DNA of 64,000 nucleotides. Origin: Candidatus Sericytochromatia bacterium (GTDB lineage Bacteria; Cyanobacteriota; Sericytochromatia; S15B-MN24; UBA4093). A program made the position numbers and the translations under genes. How positions within the stretch are numbered: position 1 is the first letter of the stretch; the number at the start of each line of letters is the position of its first letter. Under the pieces are notes generated by a model. That model was not told where the DNA came from. It searched no databases and worked only from the letters and a program-made list of their open reading frames with translations. Below, in pieces: positions 48,023 through 59,592 of this stretch. The stretch is from positions 89,277 to 153,276 of the forward strand of contig JAKFCT010000080.1 of assembly GCA_036676495.1 (NCBI GenBank), given 5' to 3'.

Positions 48023-48979
48023 CTATTCTAACCCATGTCCGCCCCGAGGCTCCACCGAAATGCTCAGTTTGACCCCGAGAAATCGCCGGGTCTTCAGCAG
48101 GGAGTCCTGTTCCTCGGGAGTCAGGCGGTCGGATTTCAACCAGCGATCCAGCTTCTCCCGGTCCACCCGCAGCACCCGATCGAGGATGCCGAGCGTCGCG
48201 AGGGCCTCGCGCACCTCCTCGGAATGGAACTCCCACGACTCGCGGCGGTGCGCGACCAGGGTCCCGTCCGGCAAGGGCAGCGTCTCCGCCCCGGTCTCCT
48301 CGAAGTAGAGTTCGAGCGTCCGGCGCAGGTCGCGCAGCTCCTCTTGCAGGCCTCCGACGAGGCCCTGGACTTGTCGGTAGCGCATGCCGATCTGGCTGAT
48401 TCGCTCGAATTGCGCGGTATGCCAGGCGCGCTTCTGGCGCCTGAGCTCCCAGAGGCCCGGGAAGATGCTCGCCAGCGCTTCGGCGTCCACCAGGGCGCGG
48501 TGCAGATCCCGCGGGGGCTCGTGCAACAGCTCCAAGAGCCGCTCGAGGCTGGGTTTGCGCTCGGACGGAAAGACCTCCTTGCACATCTCCAGCGTGTCGA
48601 TCAGGGGGACGTCGAGGGGCGGGTAGCCGAGCGCAACGGCGTTCTGGTTGAGGAAGTTGAAGTCGAAGAGGGCGTTATGCGCCACCCAGGGGGCGTCTCC
48701 GGCCCAGGCGAGGAAGCGGGGCAAGACCTCCGCGATCGGTGGGGCGTCCGCGATCATGGCCGGGGTGATGCCGTGGATGGCGATGTTCTCTTCCCGCAGC
48801 GGGGTCTCGGGGTCGACCAGGGTCTGGAACCGCTCCGCGGGGAGACCGTTGACGAGCTTCACGGCTCCGATCTCGAGGATCCGATCGAGCTTGTAATCGA
48901 GTCCCGTGGTCTCGAGATCGAGCACGACGAGGGTCCCGGAGAGCGGACTCTCCGGGACACGGCTTTCCAGCGGGAGCAA
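48023..48979 (-). CDS. DEDDh (DnaQ-like) 3'-5' exonuclease with additional C-terminal domain
   Basis: ExoI DLETTG, ExoII HNALFD, ExoIII HRALVDA. Confidence 0.88.
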   Translation of the reverse strand: MLPLESRVPESPLSGTLVVLDLETTGLDYKLDRILEIGAVKLVNGLPAERFQTLVDPETPLREENIAIHGITPAMIADAPPIAEVLPRFLAWAGDAPWVAHNALFDFNFLNQNAVALGYPPLDVPLIDTLEMCKEVFPSERKPSLERLLELLHEPPRDLHRALVDAEALASIFPGLWELRRQKRAWHTAQFERISQIGMRYRQVQGLVGGLQEELRDLRRTLELYFEETGAETLPLPDGTLVAHRRESWEFHSEEVREALATLGILDRVLRVDREKLDRWLKSDRLTPEEQDSLLKTRRFLGVKLSISVEPRGGHGLE

Positions 48980-48981
48980 GC

Positions 48982-50586
48982 CTAGAGGACCTGACCCTTG
49001 GGCCTGGCAGGAGCGGGCTTGGCCTGGGGCTTAGCCTCTTGGGGCTTGGACTCCTGGGGCTTCGTCACTTCGGGCTTGGCCGTTTCGGGCTTGATCGCCG
49101 GGGACTTGGCGTCCGGCTTGATCGGTTGCTTGCTGTCGGGAGCGGTCGACTTCGTGCCCATCGCCGGGACGTCCTCGCTCGCTTCCAGGGGCTCTCCGGC
49201 CTTGAACTCGATCGGAGTCAGGGACGCGGCCGTGGCCCACGGGGCGCTCGGCACGGACGTCAGCTCGTAGGGTGTGCCTTCCGCGACCTTGATGGCCGAG
49301 AAGGAAGCGCGGTAGGTCTTGCCCTTGGTCAGGATCGGCAGGGTCTCGGGAGTCGGCATCGCCAGCGTGGTGCCGCTGGTCCAGCCTTCCCAGACGGTCT
49401 GGGCGTCTTCCCCGACCGATTCCACGCGCAGGCGGTAGACCGAGGCATTGGACGATCCCTTCCAGACGGCGCCGAACGCGAGCTCTTGCGGCTGGAACTC
49501 GGGCGCGGCGGGAAGATCCGGCAGGGCCAGTTCCAGTTTCAGGTCGGAGTCGGCGATCTTGTGGAGGTGGGAGTAGGCGGTGTTGCCGGCCTCATCCAGG
49601 CCCGTGGCGACCAGGTGGTAGCTCTGGCCTTCCTCGAGCGCGGGCAGCGAGAAGCGGAAGTGGCCGTCCTTGTCCGGGTTGCGGGTGATGAGCGGGATCT
49701 CGGTTTCGCCGTCCACCAAGAGGGCGTGAACCTGGCGAGGCTTGAGCTCCTTGGACGGCGAGGTGACCTTGCCGCTGAGGATCAGCGGCGTGGTGACGGC
49801 CCGCAAGGTGAGCGTGGGGCTGGGCGTCAGCTTCTCCTTGCCGAGGGCGACGGGGACCTCGCGCTGGAGCGCCCAGGCGGTGATCTCGGCTCCCTCGGAG
49901 AGGTAGGCGGCGATGGGGAGCTTGCCGGTGCGCAGATCCTTGAAGTCGAACTTCCCGTCTCCGCCGACGGTCATGGCGTCGCCCAGGGTCTTGCCGGGGG
50001 TGAAGCCGGCGACCACGCGGGCCCCGGCGGCGGGCTTGTCGGCGGCCGTCTTGACCTGGCCCGTCATGGCATGGCCGGCCTTGGGGCTCAGGGGGGTGAG
50101 CTCGAAGTGGAGCTGGGCGGGCCGGACCCCGAGGGTGGTCACCGGCTGGTAACCCGGGGCGAAGGCCGTGATCTGGTACTGGCCGGGCAGGAGATCCTTG
50201 ACGTCGAACTGGCCCTTGTCATCGACCCCGAGCTTGATCGGCTTGGGCGGGGTCGTGGGCGACGGGGCCGGGGTCGGGGCCGAGGCGCTGGCGGGCGCGG
50301 CCGACTCCGAGGCCATGGCCAGGGGAGCGGCGCTGGGGGCTTCGGGCAGGGCCTGCAAGAGGATGGTCGCCTTGGGAATGCCCTCGCCGGTGCGGGCATC
50401 CGCGACCGAGCCATGCACCGTCACCTTCTCCGCGGCCTGGCGGGCGGCCGCCGACTCGGAGGGGGTGTTCGCAGGGGCGCCCAGCGGGGGGTTAACCGAG
50501 CCGGGGGTAGCGGGGTTGTTGCCGGAGCATCCGGATAGCAGCAAGGCTCCAGCCAGCATGGCCGTTTGCCAACGTCGTGAACCCAT
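48982..50586 (-). CDS. Lipoprotein with carboxypeptidase regulatory-like beta-sandwich repeats
   Basis: LLLSGC lipobox; repeated GxVxxxxG..DxxGxF motifs; Pro/Lys-rich tail. Confidence 0.75.
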   Translation of the reverse strand: MGSRRWQTAMLAGALLLSGCSGNNPATPGSVNPPLGAPANTPSESAAARQAAEKVTVHGSVADARTGEGIPKATILLQALPEAPSAAPLAMASESAAPASASAPTPAPSPTTPPKPIKLGVDDKGQFDVKDLLPGQYQITAFAPGYQPVTTLGVRPAQLHFELTPLSPKAGHAMTGQVKTAADKPAAGARVVAGFTPGKTLGDAMTVGGDGKFDFKDLRTGKLPIAAYLSEGAEITAWALQREVPVALGKEKLTPSPTLTLRAVTTPLILSGKVTSPSKELKPRQVHALLVDGETEIPLITRNPDKDGHFRFSLPALEEGQSYHLVATGLDEAGNTAYSHLHKIADSDLKLELALPDLPAAPEFQPQELAFGAVWKGSSNASVYRLRVESVGEDAQTVWEGWTSGTTLAMPTPETLPILTKGKTYRASFSAIKVAEGTPYELTSVPSAPWATAASLTPIEFKAGEPLEASEDVPAMGTKSTAPDSKQPIKPDAKSPAIKPETAKPEVTKPQESKPQEAKPQAKPAPARPKGQVL

Positions 50587-50752
50587 TCAATGGCCTCCCA
50601 CTTGGTCGCTAGGAAATTATCGCTGATGTGAAGGGACGATCGCGCGTCGGATCCGGTTCAGGGGACGGTGGCGCATCGCCGCCCGGGAGTCGTTGCGACG
50701 CGACCATTCTACCGGATCCCAAAGCTCGGGGCAAACCGAGGGTCGTGGCAGC

Positions 50753-51451
50753 TTAGCGAGCCGCTGCGACCTTCGCGCTCTGCTTGTTTTCGGTGAGCTG
50801 GGCGCTGGCGATCCGGAGGGGCTCCGGAAGGCGGTAGCCCTGGCACGTCTTGCGGATGAGGGCCGTCGCCGTCTCGCGGCCGACGCGGTGCCCGGTCGAG
50901 ATGAACAGGGGGGCCACCCGGTTCTTGGAGCGGAAGACGGTGCCGACGATCTCGGATTGCCAGACCAGGGCGGACTCGGACCCGGCGTTGACCTCCGGCT
51001 CGATGAACGTCCCCACCGGCGAGGACTTGCTGCAGCCGATGGTCGGGATGTCCAGGATGACGCCGACGTGGGAGGCCACCCCGAGGCCCTTCGGGTGCGT
51101 GATCCCGGGGCCGTCCACGACGATCAGGTCCGGCACCACCGAGAGCGCCTCGAGGGCGGCGATGATGCCGGGCACTTCGCGGAAGCTCAGGAGATCCGGG
51201 ATGAAGGGGAACTTGGTCTGGTATTCGAGCACCTGGCGATCGATCACGGCGAGGTCGGGGTAGCTCAGGGCGGAGACCGCGATGGTCATGGTGTCGTTGA
51301 AGCGGCTATGGGCGATCGCCACGCCGGCGATCACGCGGATCGATTCGAAGGCGTCCGTGGTCACGACGGCGGCCTGCAGCTCGGTCTGGACCTGCTGGGC
51401 CTCGTAGGGGGCGAGCTCCCAGCGGTGGGGGCGGTGCAGCTCGAGTTTCAC
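50753..51451 (-). CDS. Endonuclease V-like paralog with degenerate active site
   Basis: PFIPDLLSFRE, VDGPGITHP, IGCSKS, STGHRV, YRLPEPLR; first catalytic Asp is Ala and the C-terminal His/Asp is Ser. Confidence 0.88.
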   Translation of the reverse strand: MKLELHRPHRWELAPYEAQQVQTELQAAVVTTDAFESIRVIAGVAIAHSRFNDTMTIAVSALSYPDLAVIDRQVLEYQTKFPFIPDLLSFREVPGIIAALEALSVVPDLIVVDGPGITHPKGLGVASHVGVILDIPTIGCSKSSPVGTFIEPEVNAGSESALVWQSEIVGTVFRSKNRVAPLFISTGHRVGRETATALIRKTCQGYRLPEPLRIASAQLTENKQSAKVAAAR

Positions 51452-51584
51452 GGAACCTGGTCTCCTGGTGTCGTCAGCCGTTTGAGCGGCCGGAAATGGG
51501 CGTCGGCACTATTCTATACCCTAGCCTGTCTATTCCGATGGCCGCTTAATAATACTTATTGGCGACTAGCGAAGCGCCGGAGAC

Positions 51585-52664
51585 TCAGCCCTCCAGCTCG
51601 CAGAGCACCCGCTCGACGAAGGCCTCGCAAGAGACCACCACCTCCCCGGTCACGCTCAGGTCATGGGTCCGCGCCCCCTTGGTTAGCGCCCGATCGACCG
51701 CATCGCGAACCGCATAGGCCGCCACGGAGTTCCCGATCGCGTACTTGAGCAGCATGGCCCCCGACAGGATGGCGCTCGTCGGGTTCGCGAATCCCTTGCC
51801 CACCAGCGCCGGAGCGGTCCCGTGGCTCGGCGAGAATACCCCCGCTGTCCGCTGTCCCAGGTAGGCCGACGGATGAAGGGCGAAGGTCCCCGACAAGGCT
51901 GCCGCCTGCACACTCAAGAGATCTCCCGTGCTGCAGTCCGCCAGGATCACGTCGAAGCGCTGGGGATGCCAGGTCAGCTCCAGGATGCAGGTGTCGGTAT
52001 CCATCAGCTCGAAGTGAACCTGCGGGTACTCCGCGGCGACCTCGCTGCAAACCTGCCGCCAGAGCTCGCCGGTCTCCAGCAGCTTGCTCCAGTCGGCCAG
52101 CATGACGTGCTTGCGGCGCGAAAGCGAGGCCTCGAACCCCACCCGCGCCACCCGCTCCACCTCGGAGCGCTTGTAGGCGGCCGTGTTGACGGCTTCCAGC
52201 TGGCCGTCCTCGGTGCCGATCCCGCGCGGCTGGCTATAGTAGAGCCCCGCAGCCGCGTCCCGGACGACCATGATGTCGACTCCGCTGATCACCTCCGCTT
52301 TCAGCGGGGAGCGTTGAATCAGGCCCGGGAAGATCCGCACCGGGCGTAAGTTGGCGTAGACCCCGAGCCACGCGCGAAGCTCATGGGCGGCGTAGCGCGG
52401 CGAGGACGTGACGGAGGCCTGCGCGTTGGGGGCCCCGCCCACCGGCCCCAGCAGGACCGCGTGGGCGTCGCGGGCGAGGTGGATCGTTTCGAGGGGGAGG
52501 ACCGTCGGGCTCTCCTTCAAGGCCGCCTCTCCGATCAGCCCCTCGACGAACTCCAGCGCGATCCCGAACTTCGGAGCGGCCGCTTCGAGGACGCGCACGG
52601 CCGCCCCCATGACTTCCGGGCCGATTCCATCGCCCGGCAAGTAGGCAATCCGGTATCGCTCCAT
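51585..52664 (-). CDS. Isocitrate/isopropylmalate dehydrogenase family protein (LeuB-like, degenerate)
   Basis: LPGDGIGPEV, YANLRP, HGTAP..GKGFANP..AILSGAMLL; start ATG 52664; several catalytic positions substituted. Confidence 0.85.
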   Translation of the reverse strand: MERYRIAYLPGDGIGPEVMGAAVRVLEAAAPKFGIALEFVEGLIGEAALKESPTVLPLETIHLARDAHAVLLGPVGGAPNAQASVTSSPRYAAHELRAWLGVYANLRPVRIFPGLIQRSPLKAEVISGVDIMVVRDAAAGLYYSQPRGIGTEDGQLEAVNTAAYKRSEVERVARVGFEASLSRRKHVMLADWSKLLETGELWRQVCSEVAAEYPQVHFELMDTDTCILELTWHPQRFDVILADCSTGDLLSVQAAALSGTFALHPSAYLGQRTAGVFSPSHGTAPALVGKGFANPTSAILSGAMLLKYAIGNSVAAYAVRDAVDRALTKGARTHDLSVTGEVVVSCEAFVERVLCELEG

Positions 52665-52789
52665 GGGATCCCCTTCCGCCTCGGTCACCGATCCCCGAGG
52701 ACCCTCGCGCTGAGCATAGGCCTCGGCGCCTCCGGGCCGCAAGGCATGGTTCCCGGAGGGCGTCGCGTTCCCGACCTTGGCCGGGGGCG

Positions 52790-54118
52790 CTAGGGCCAGA
52801 AACGCATGAGCATGAAGTCATCGTGCCCCGCGCGGTCCTTGTTCCGGAAGGCCTTGCCCGCCGCCACGATCCGCCCGTTGGGCTGAATCGCGAGGTCATG
52901 GATCACGGCCGCGCCGTCCCCGGCGGGGACGATGGCGGAGCCCTCGGTGCCGAACGTCCCGTCGGGCGTGCCGTCGGCGTTGAGGCGGCTCAGGGCCGCC
53001 TTCCCGTCCCACTCGCCGGCCACCAGGATCTTCCCGTCCTCCTGAACGGCGACCGCCCTCAACGCTTGCTCCGGCAAGCCCACGCCGCCCGAGTTGCCGA
53101 AGGACCGATCCACGAACCCATCGGCCTTGAAGCGCATGACGAGGCTTCCCCCCGCCAGGATGAGCTTGCCGTCGGCGGCGATCGCCAGATCCTGAGCCTG
53201 GTCCTCCCCGCTGCCGATCCGGCTGATTCCACCGTCACCGAAGGTGGGGTCGAGGCTTCCGTCCATGCGAAGCCGGCAAACCGTGAAGCCTTGCGTCTTG
53301 GTCGATCCCGCGAGGTAAACGTGATTCCCCTTCAGGGCCAAGGCCTGGGCTTGATCGTCATCCGTCCCCCAGTCCACGTAACGCTTGCCATTGACTCCGA
53401 AGCTCGAGTCCGGGCTGCCGTCGGGGTTGAAGCGAGCGATCAGGGCATCGTAATCCACGTACGAGCCGCCGTAGCCGACGGCGAGGATCTTGCCGTCCTC
53501 CAGCTCGGCGATCGCCCGGAGATAGCCCTCCCCGAAGCCCGGTGAGGCATGGCCTCCCGTGCCGAAGCGATCATCCAGTTGCCCGCCCAGGACGTACCGG
53601 CTCACCAGGAAGTCGACGACCTGGCCCTGGGACCAACCGGCGGCGAGGATCGCCCCGTCGCCCGCGACGGCGACGTCCCGCGCCTGAGAGCTCGAACCCT
53701 TGCCGCCCAGGAGCCGACCCTGGGTCCCGAAGGCCGGGTCCGGCTTTCCATTGGCGAGGTAGCGCACCAGCGCGAAGCTGCCGAGGACGTCCTTGGGGAC
53801 GAACTGGGTGCTGGCGCCGGCGGCCACGATCGCGCCGTCCAGCTGCAGCGCGACCCCGAAGGCGATGTCGTGGCTGCCGTCCGCGACATCGGTGAGGGCG
53901 ATGCCGGCGTTTCCGAAGCTCGTGTCGAGACTGCCTCCGGCGCCGGGGGAGGCGTCCGCGGAGCCGTCGGGAGTCTGCCCGGAGGCCGGAGTGGCCTCGG
54001 TCTGGGGGGGCGAGCCGCTTTGGCCGTCGGGAGCGACCACGAGGCCGGGGTGATTGAGGTTTACGGTGCAAGCGGTCAGCAGCAAGGCCGCGAGGCCGCT
54101 GAGCGTGGGGCGATGCAT
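52790..54118 (-). CDS. Delta-60 repeat (beta-propeller) lipoprotein
   Basis: LTAC lipobox; repeated GxxDxxFGxxG and xDGKILxAG units. Confidence 0.85.
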   Translation of the reverse strand: MHRPTLSGLAALLLTACTVNLNHPGLVVAPDGQSGSPPQTEATPASGQTPDGSADASPGAGGSLDTSFGNAGIALTDVADGSHDIAFGVALQLDGAIVAAGASTQFVPKDVLGSFALVRYLANGKPDPAFGTQGRLLGGKGSSSQARDVAVAGDGAILAAGWSQGQVVDFLVSRYVLGGQLDDRFGTGGHASPGFGEGYLRAIAELEDGKILAVGYGGSYVDYDALIARFNPDGSPDSSFGVNGKRYVDWGTDDDQAQALALKGNHVYLAGSTKTQGFTVCRLRMDGSLDPTFGDGGISRIGSGEDQAQDLAIAADGKLILAGGSLVMRFKADGFVDRSFGNSGGVGLPEQALRAVAVQEDGKILVAGEWDGKAALSRLNADGTPDGTFGTEGSAIVPAGDGAAVIHDLAIQPNGRIVAAGKAFRNKDRAGHDDFMLMRFWP

Positions 54119-54177
54119 GGGAACCTCCCTTTTGACGATGGAACGTCAGCATGTTCCCATGGTCTCCCGGCAAACGC

Positions 54178-54203
54178 AAAGGGGCACCCCGAAGGGGACC
54201 CCC
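54178..54203 (-). terminator. Intrinsic terminator after uvrA
   Basis: GGGGTCCCC-TTCG-GGGTGCCCC followed by TTT on the minus strand. Confidence 0.65.
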
Positions 54204-54216
54204 AGACGTTCTCGGC

Positions 54217-57138
<2,922 letters not shown>

Positions 57139-57162
57139 TCAGAAACCTTCCAACCGAGTATC

Positions 57163-57208
57163 GAACGTCAGTTCTATTCATTTTACGCGCCGATGGGAAG
57201 GGCGGCAA
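57163..57208 (-). promoter_or_regulatory. uvrA promoter with LexA (SOS) box
   Basis: TTGCCG-17 bp-TAAAAT on the minus strand; GAAC-GTCA-GTTC at 57163-57174 overlaps the predicted start site. Confidence 0.75.
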
Positions 57209-57267
57209 GCTGAAAGCGCCGTGTAACGGTCTTCTTTACAATTCGATCCGGCCGCAAAAGGCCGTGC

Positions 57268-59565
57268 TCAGGGCTTATCGACGATCCGATGGGCGCGCAG
57301 GATGAACTGGCGCTCCTCGCCGGCGTATTCCTTGAGTTCGACGGTGACCAAGGCGGCGTCCGGGCGAATCCAGTCCTGGAGCACGAAGGAACCGTCCGTT
57401 GTCGCGCCGGCCTCGACGCGCACCAGGCCCGGCGAGACCGAGAGCAGATCCAGCTTGAGGGTGTAGTCGTGGCCGAGGTCATCGCTGACCCGGACGAGGT
57501 CGGGCCGGTCGTTCCGGCTCAGGAAGGAGACGGGTTGCGCCGAGTGGTTGGCCACGCGCAGCTTGACGCGGGTCCGATCCCCTTCCACCTGGATGCCCGT
57601 GACCTCCATGGTGACGTCGGAGAGCGTCATGGGGCGGCTGGCCCATGTGAGCGCCTTGGCGGCAGGCTTGGGAGTGGGAGCCGGCTCCGGGGTCGGCGTG
57701 GGGTCCGGACGGGGCGTCACGAGGGGCTGCAAGGGCTCCTCGTCCTCGATGGGCTCGGCGGCCAGGGCTTCGGGGCTCGCCAGGGGAGCCGGCTCGGGAA
57801 GCGGGGCCAGCCAGGTCGAGACGATCGGGCTCAGGAAGAAGCCTCCCAGCACGAGTCCTCCCAGCAAGAGGGCCCCGACGGCCGTGAGAATCAGGGCCTT
57901 CCAGGGAGCCTCCTCGACGGTTTCTCCCGGAGACGAGAGGGCCCCGTTGAGGGCGTCCAGGAAGTCGGTCATCGCGTCGTAACGCTCGGAGGGATGGATG
58001 GCGAGCGCCTTCAAGAGGACCGCGTCGACCTCCGGGGTCACTTCCAGCCGCAGTTGGCTGGGAGGCACGGGGGCCTCCACCAGCTCTCCGGTGGCGAACC
58101 CGGCCATGAGGGCTTCCGGACGGTAGGGGTAGGTGCCGGTGAGCATCTCGTAAGCGACCACCGCCAGCGCGTAGATGTCCGACTGGTAGCTGGCCGCTTC
58201 GCCCTTGATGAGCTCGGGAGCGAGGTAGCGTGCCGTGCCGCCGGTCTTCATGGCGCTGGGATCGAGCGGGCCCGCGAGTCCGAAGTCCAAGACCGTGACA
58301 TGCCCTTGGTGGAGCATGAGGTTCTCGGGTTTGAGGTCCCGGTGGATGACGCCCTGGCGGTGGGCGTAGGCGATCGCCTCACCGGCCTGGTGAATGATGC
58401 CCAGGATCTCCTCGTAGCTGAGGGGAGGGCGCTTTCCGTCGAGGCTTTCGCGCAGATCCGCGCCTTCCAGCCACTCCATGACCAGGTAGGGGTCCTCGTC
58501 CTCGATGAAGTGGTCGAGGATGACGATGATATGCGGGTGCACCAGCGCGCTCGCGGCGCTTTCCTCCCGCGTGCGGGTCAATAGGGCCGCGTGGCGCTCG
58601 CTGGGCGTGAGCGACGGCTCCAAAATCAGCTTCTTCAGGGCGACCGGGCGGCCAAGATGGGCGTCCGTGGCCTGGAAGATGAGGCTGTTGCGGGTGCGGC
58701 GCGCGAGCCGGCGCTCGACGTAGCGGGCTCCCGTGTCGGTGGGGTTGGCTTTCGCTCCTCCCATGGCCTCGACGAGGCGGGCCTTGAAGCTGGAGGCGGA
58801 CGGCAGCCGCTGCGCGGGGTCGAAGCGCAGGGCGCGGGCGATCGCCTCGTCCAGTGCGGGCGGGACGGCGGGATTGAGCTGGCTGGGGGGCTCGAAGACC
58901 TTCTCGTCGACATGCGCGGGGGGGCGACCCGTGAGCATCTCGTAGAGCACGGCCGCCAGGGCGAAGACGTCGGCCCGGGCGTCCACCCGGTGATGGGCCG
59001 ACTGGCCCAGCCGGAACTCGGGGGCGGCATAGGGGTTTTCGGCGACCATCTGGCGCAGGTCGAAGCTGGAGCGCGTGGCGAGATCCGCCTTCTTGGCCAT
59101 CGCGAAGGACGTGAGCTTCACTCCCCCTTCGAAGAGCAGGAGATGCTCGGGACGGACGTTCCGGTGGACGATCCGGTGCTCGTGGGCGTGGTGCAGGGCC
59201 TCGAGGGCCGCCATGGCGATGGCGACCGCCCGCTGGGGAGCCATCGGGCCCGAGCGCAGGGCTTCGCGGAGGGTGCGAGCGCCTTCGATCCACTCGCAGA
59301 CCACGAAGCACTCGTCCTCCCGGGGGATCAGGTGCTCGACCCGCAGCACGTTGGGATGGTCGAGCTCCATGGTCAGCTTGGCCTCGCGGATCACGTCCAT
59401 TCGGGCCTTGGATAGGGCATCCGGGCCATCGGTCGGGTCGAGCTTGATCTCATGGAGCAGCACCTTCCGGTGCTTGAGCGTGTCCTCGGCGAGATAGACC
59501 GCGTGATCCTCGGAGCGCTCAAGCTCGGAGGTCAGCCGGTACTGGTTGATGATGCGTTCGTTCAT
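57268..59565 (-). CDS. Membrane Ser/Thr kinase with tandem pseudokinase and kinase domains and an extracytoplasmic beta-rich domain
   Basis: Domain 1: VLLHEI/HRNVRPEH/SFA; domain 2: VALKK/HRDLKPEN/DFG/YLAPE; one TM helix and a Pro-rich linker. Confidence 0.88.
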   Translation of the reverse strand: MNERIINQYRLTSELERSEDHAVYLAEDTLKHRKVLLHEIKLDPTDGPDALSKARMDVIREAKLTMELDHPNVLRVEHLIPREDECFVVCEWIEGARTLREALRSGPMAPQRAVAIAMAALEALHHAHEHRIVHRNVRPEHLLLFEGGVKLTSFAMAKKADLATRSSFDLRQMVAENPYAAPEFRLGQSAHHRVDARADVFALAAVLYEMLTGRPPAHVDEKVFEPPSQLNPAVPPALDEAIARALRFDPAQRLPSASSFKARLVEAMGGAKANPTDTGARYVERRLARRTRNSLIFQATDAHLGRPVALKKLILEPSLTPSERHAALLTRTREESAASALVHPHIIVILDHFIEDEDPYLVMEWLEGADLRESLDGKRPPLSYEEILGIIHQAGEAIAYAHRQGVIHRDLKPENLMLHQGHVTVLDFGLAGPLDPSAMKTGGTARYLAPELIKGEAASYQSDIYALAVVAYEMLTGTYPYRPEALMAGFATGELVEAPVPPSQLRLEVTPEVDAVLLKALAIHPSERYDAMTDFLDALNGALSSPGETVEEAPWKALILTAVGALLLGGLVLGGFFLSPIVSTWLAPLPEPAPLASPEALAAEPIEDEEPLQPLVTPRPDPTPTPEPAPTPKPAAKALTWASRPMTLSDVTMEVTGIQVEGDRTRVKLRVANHSAQPVSFLSRNDRPDLVRVSDDLGHDYTLKLDLLSVSPGLVRVEAGATTDGSFVLQDWIRPDAALVTVELKEYAGEERQFILRAHRIVDKP

Positions 59566-59592
59566 GGTGGGCTCGCGGGCTCGGGGGAGGGC

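Noticed and set aside
54141-54156. Second LexA box upstream of the delta-60 gene
   Set aside because: GAAC and GTTC are 8 bp apart rather than 4.
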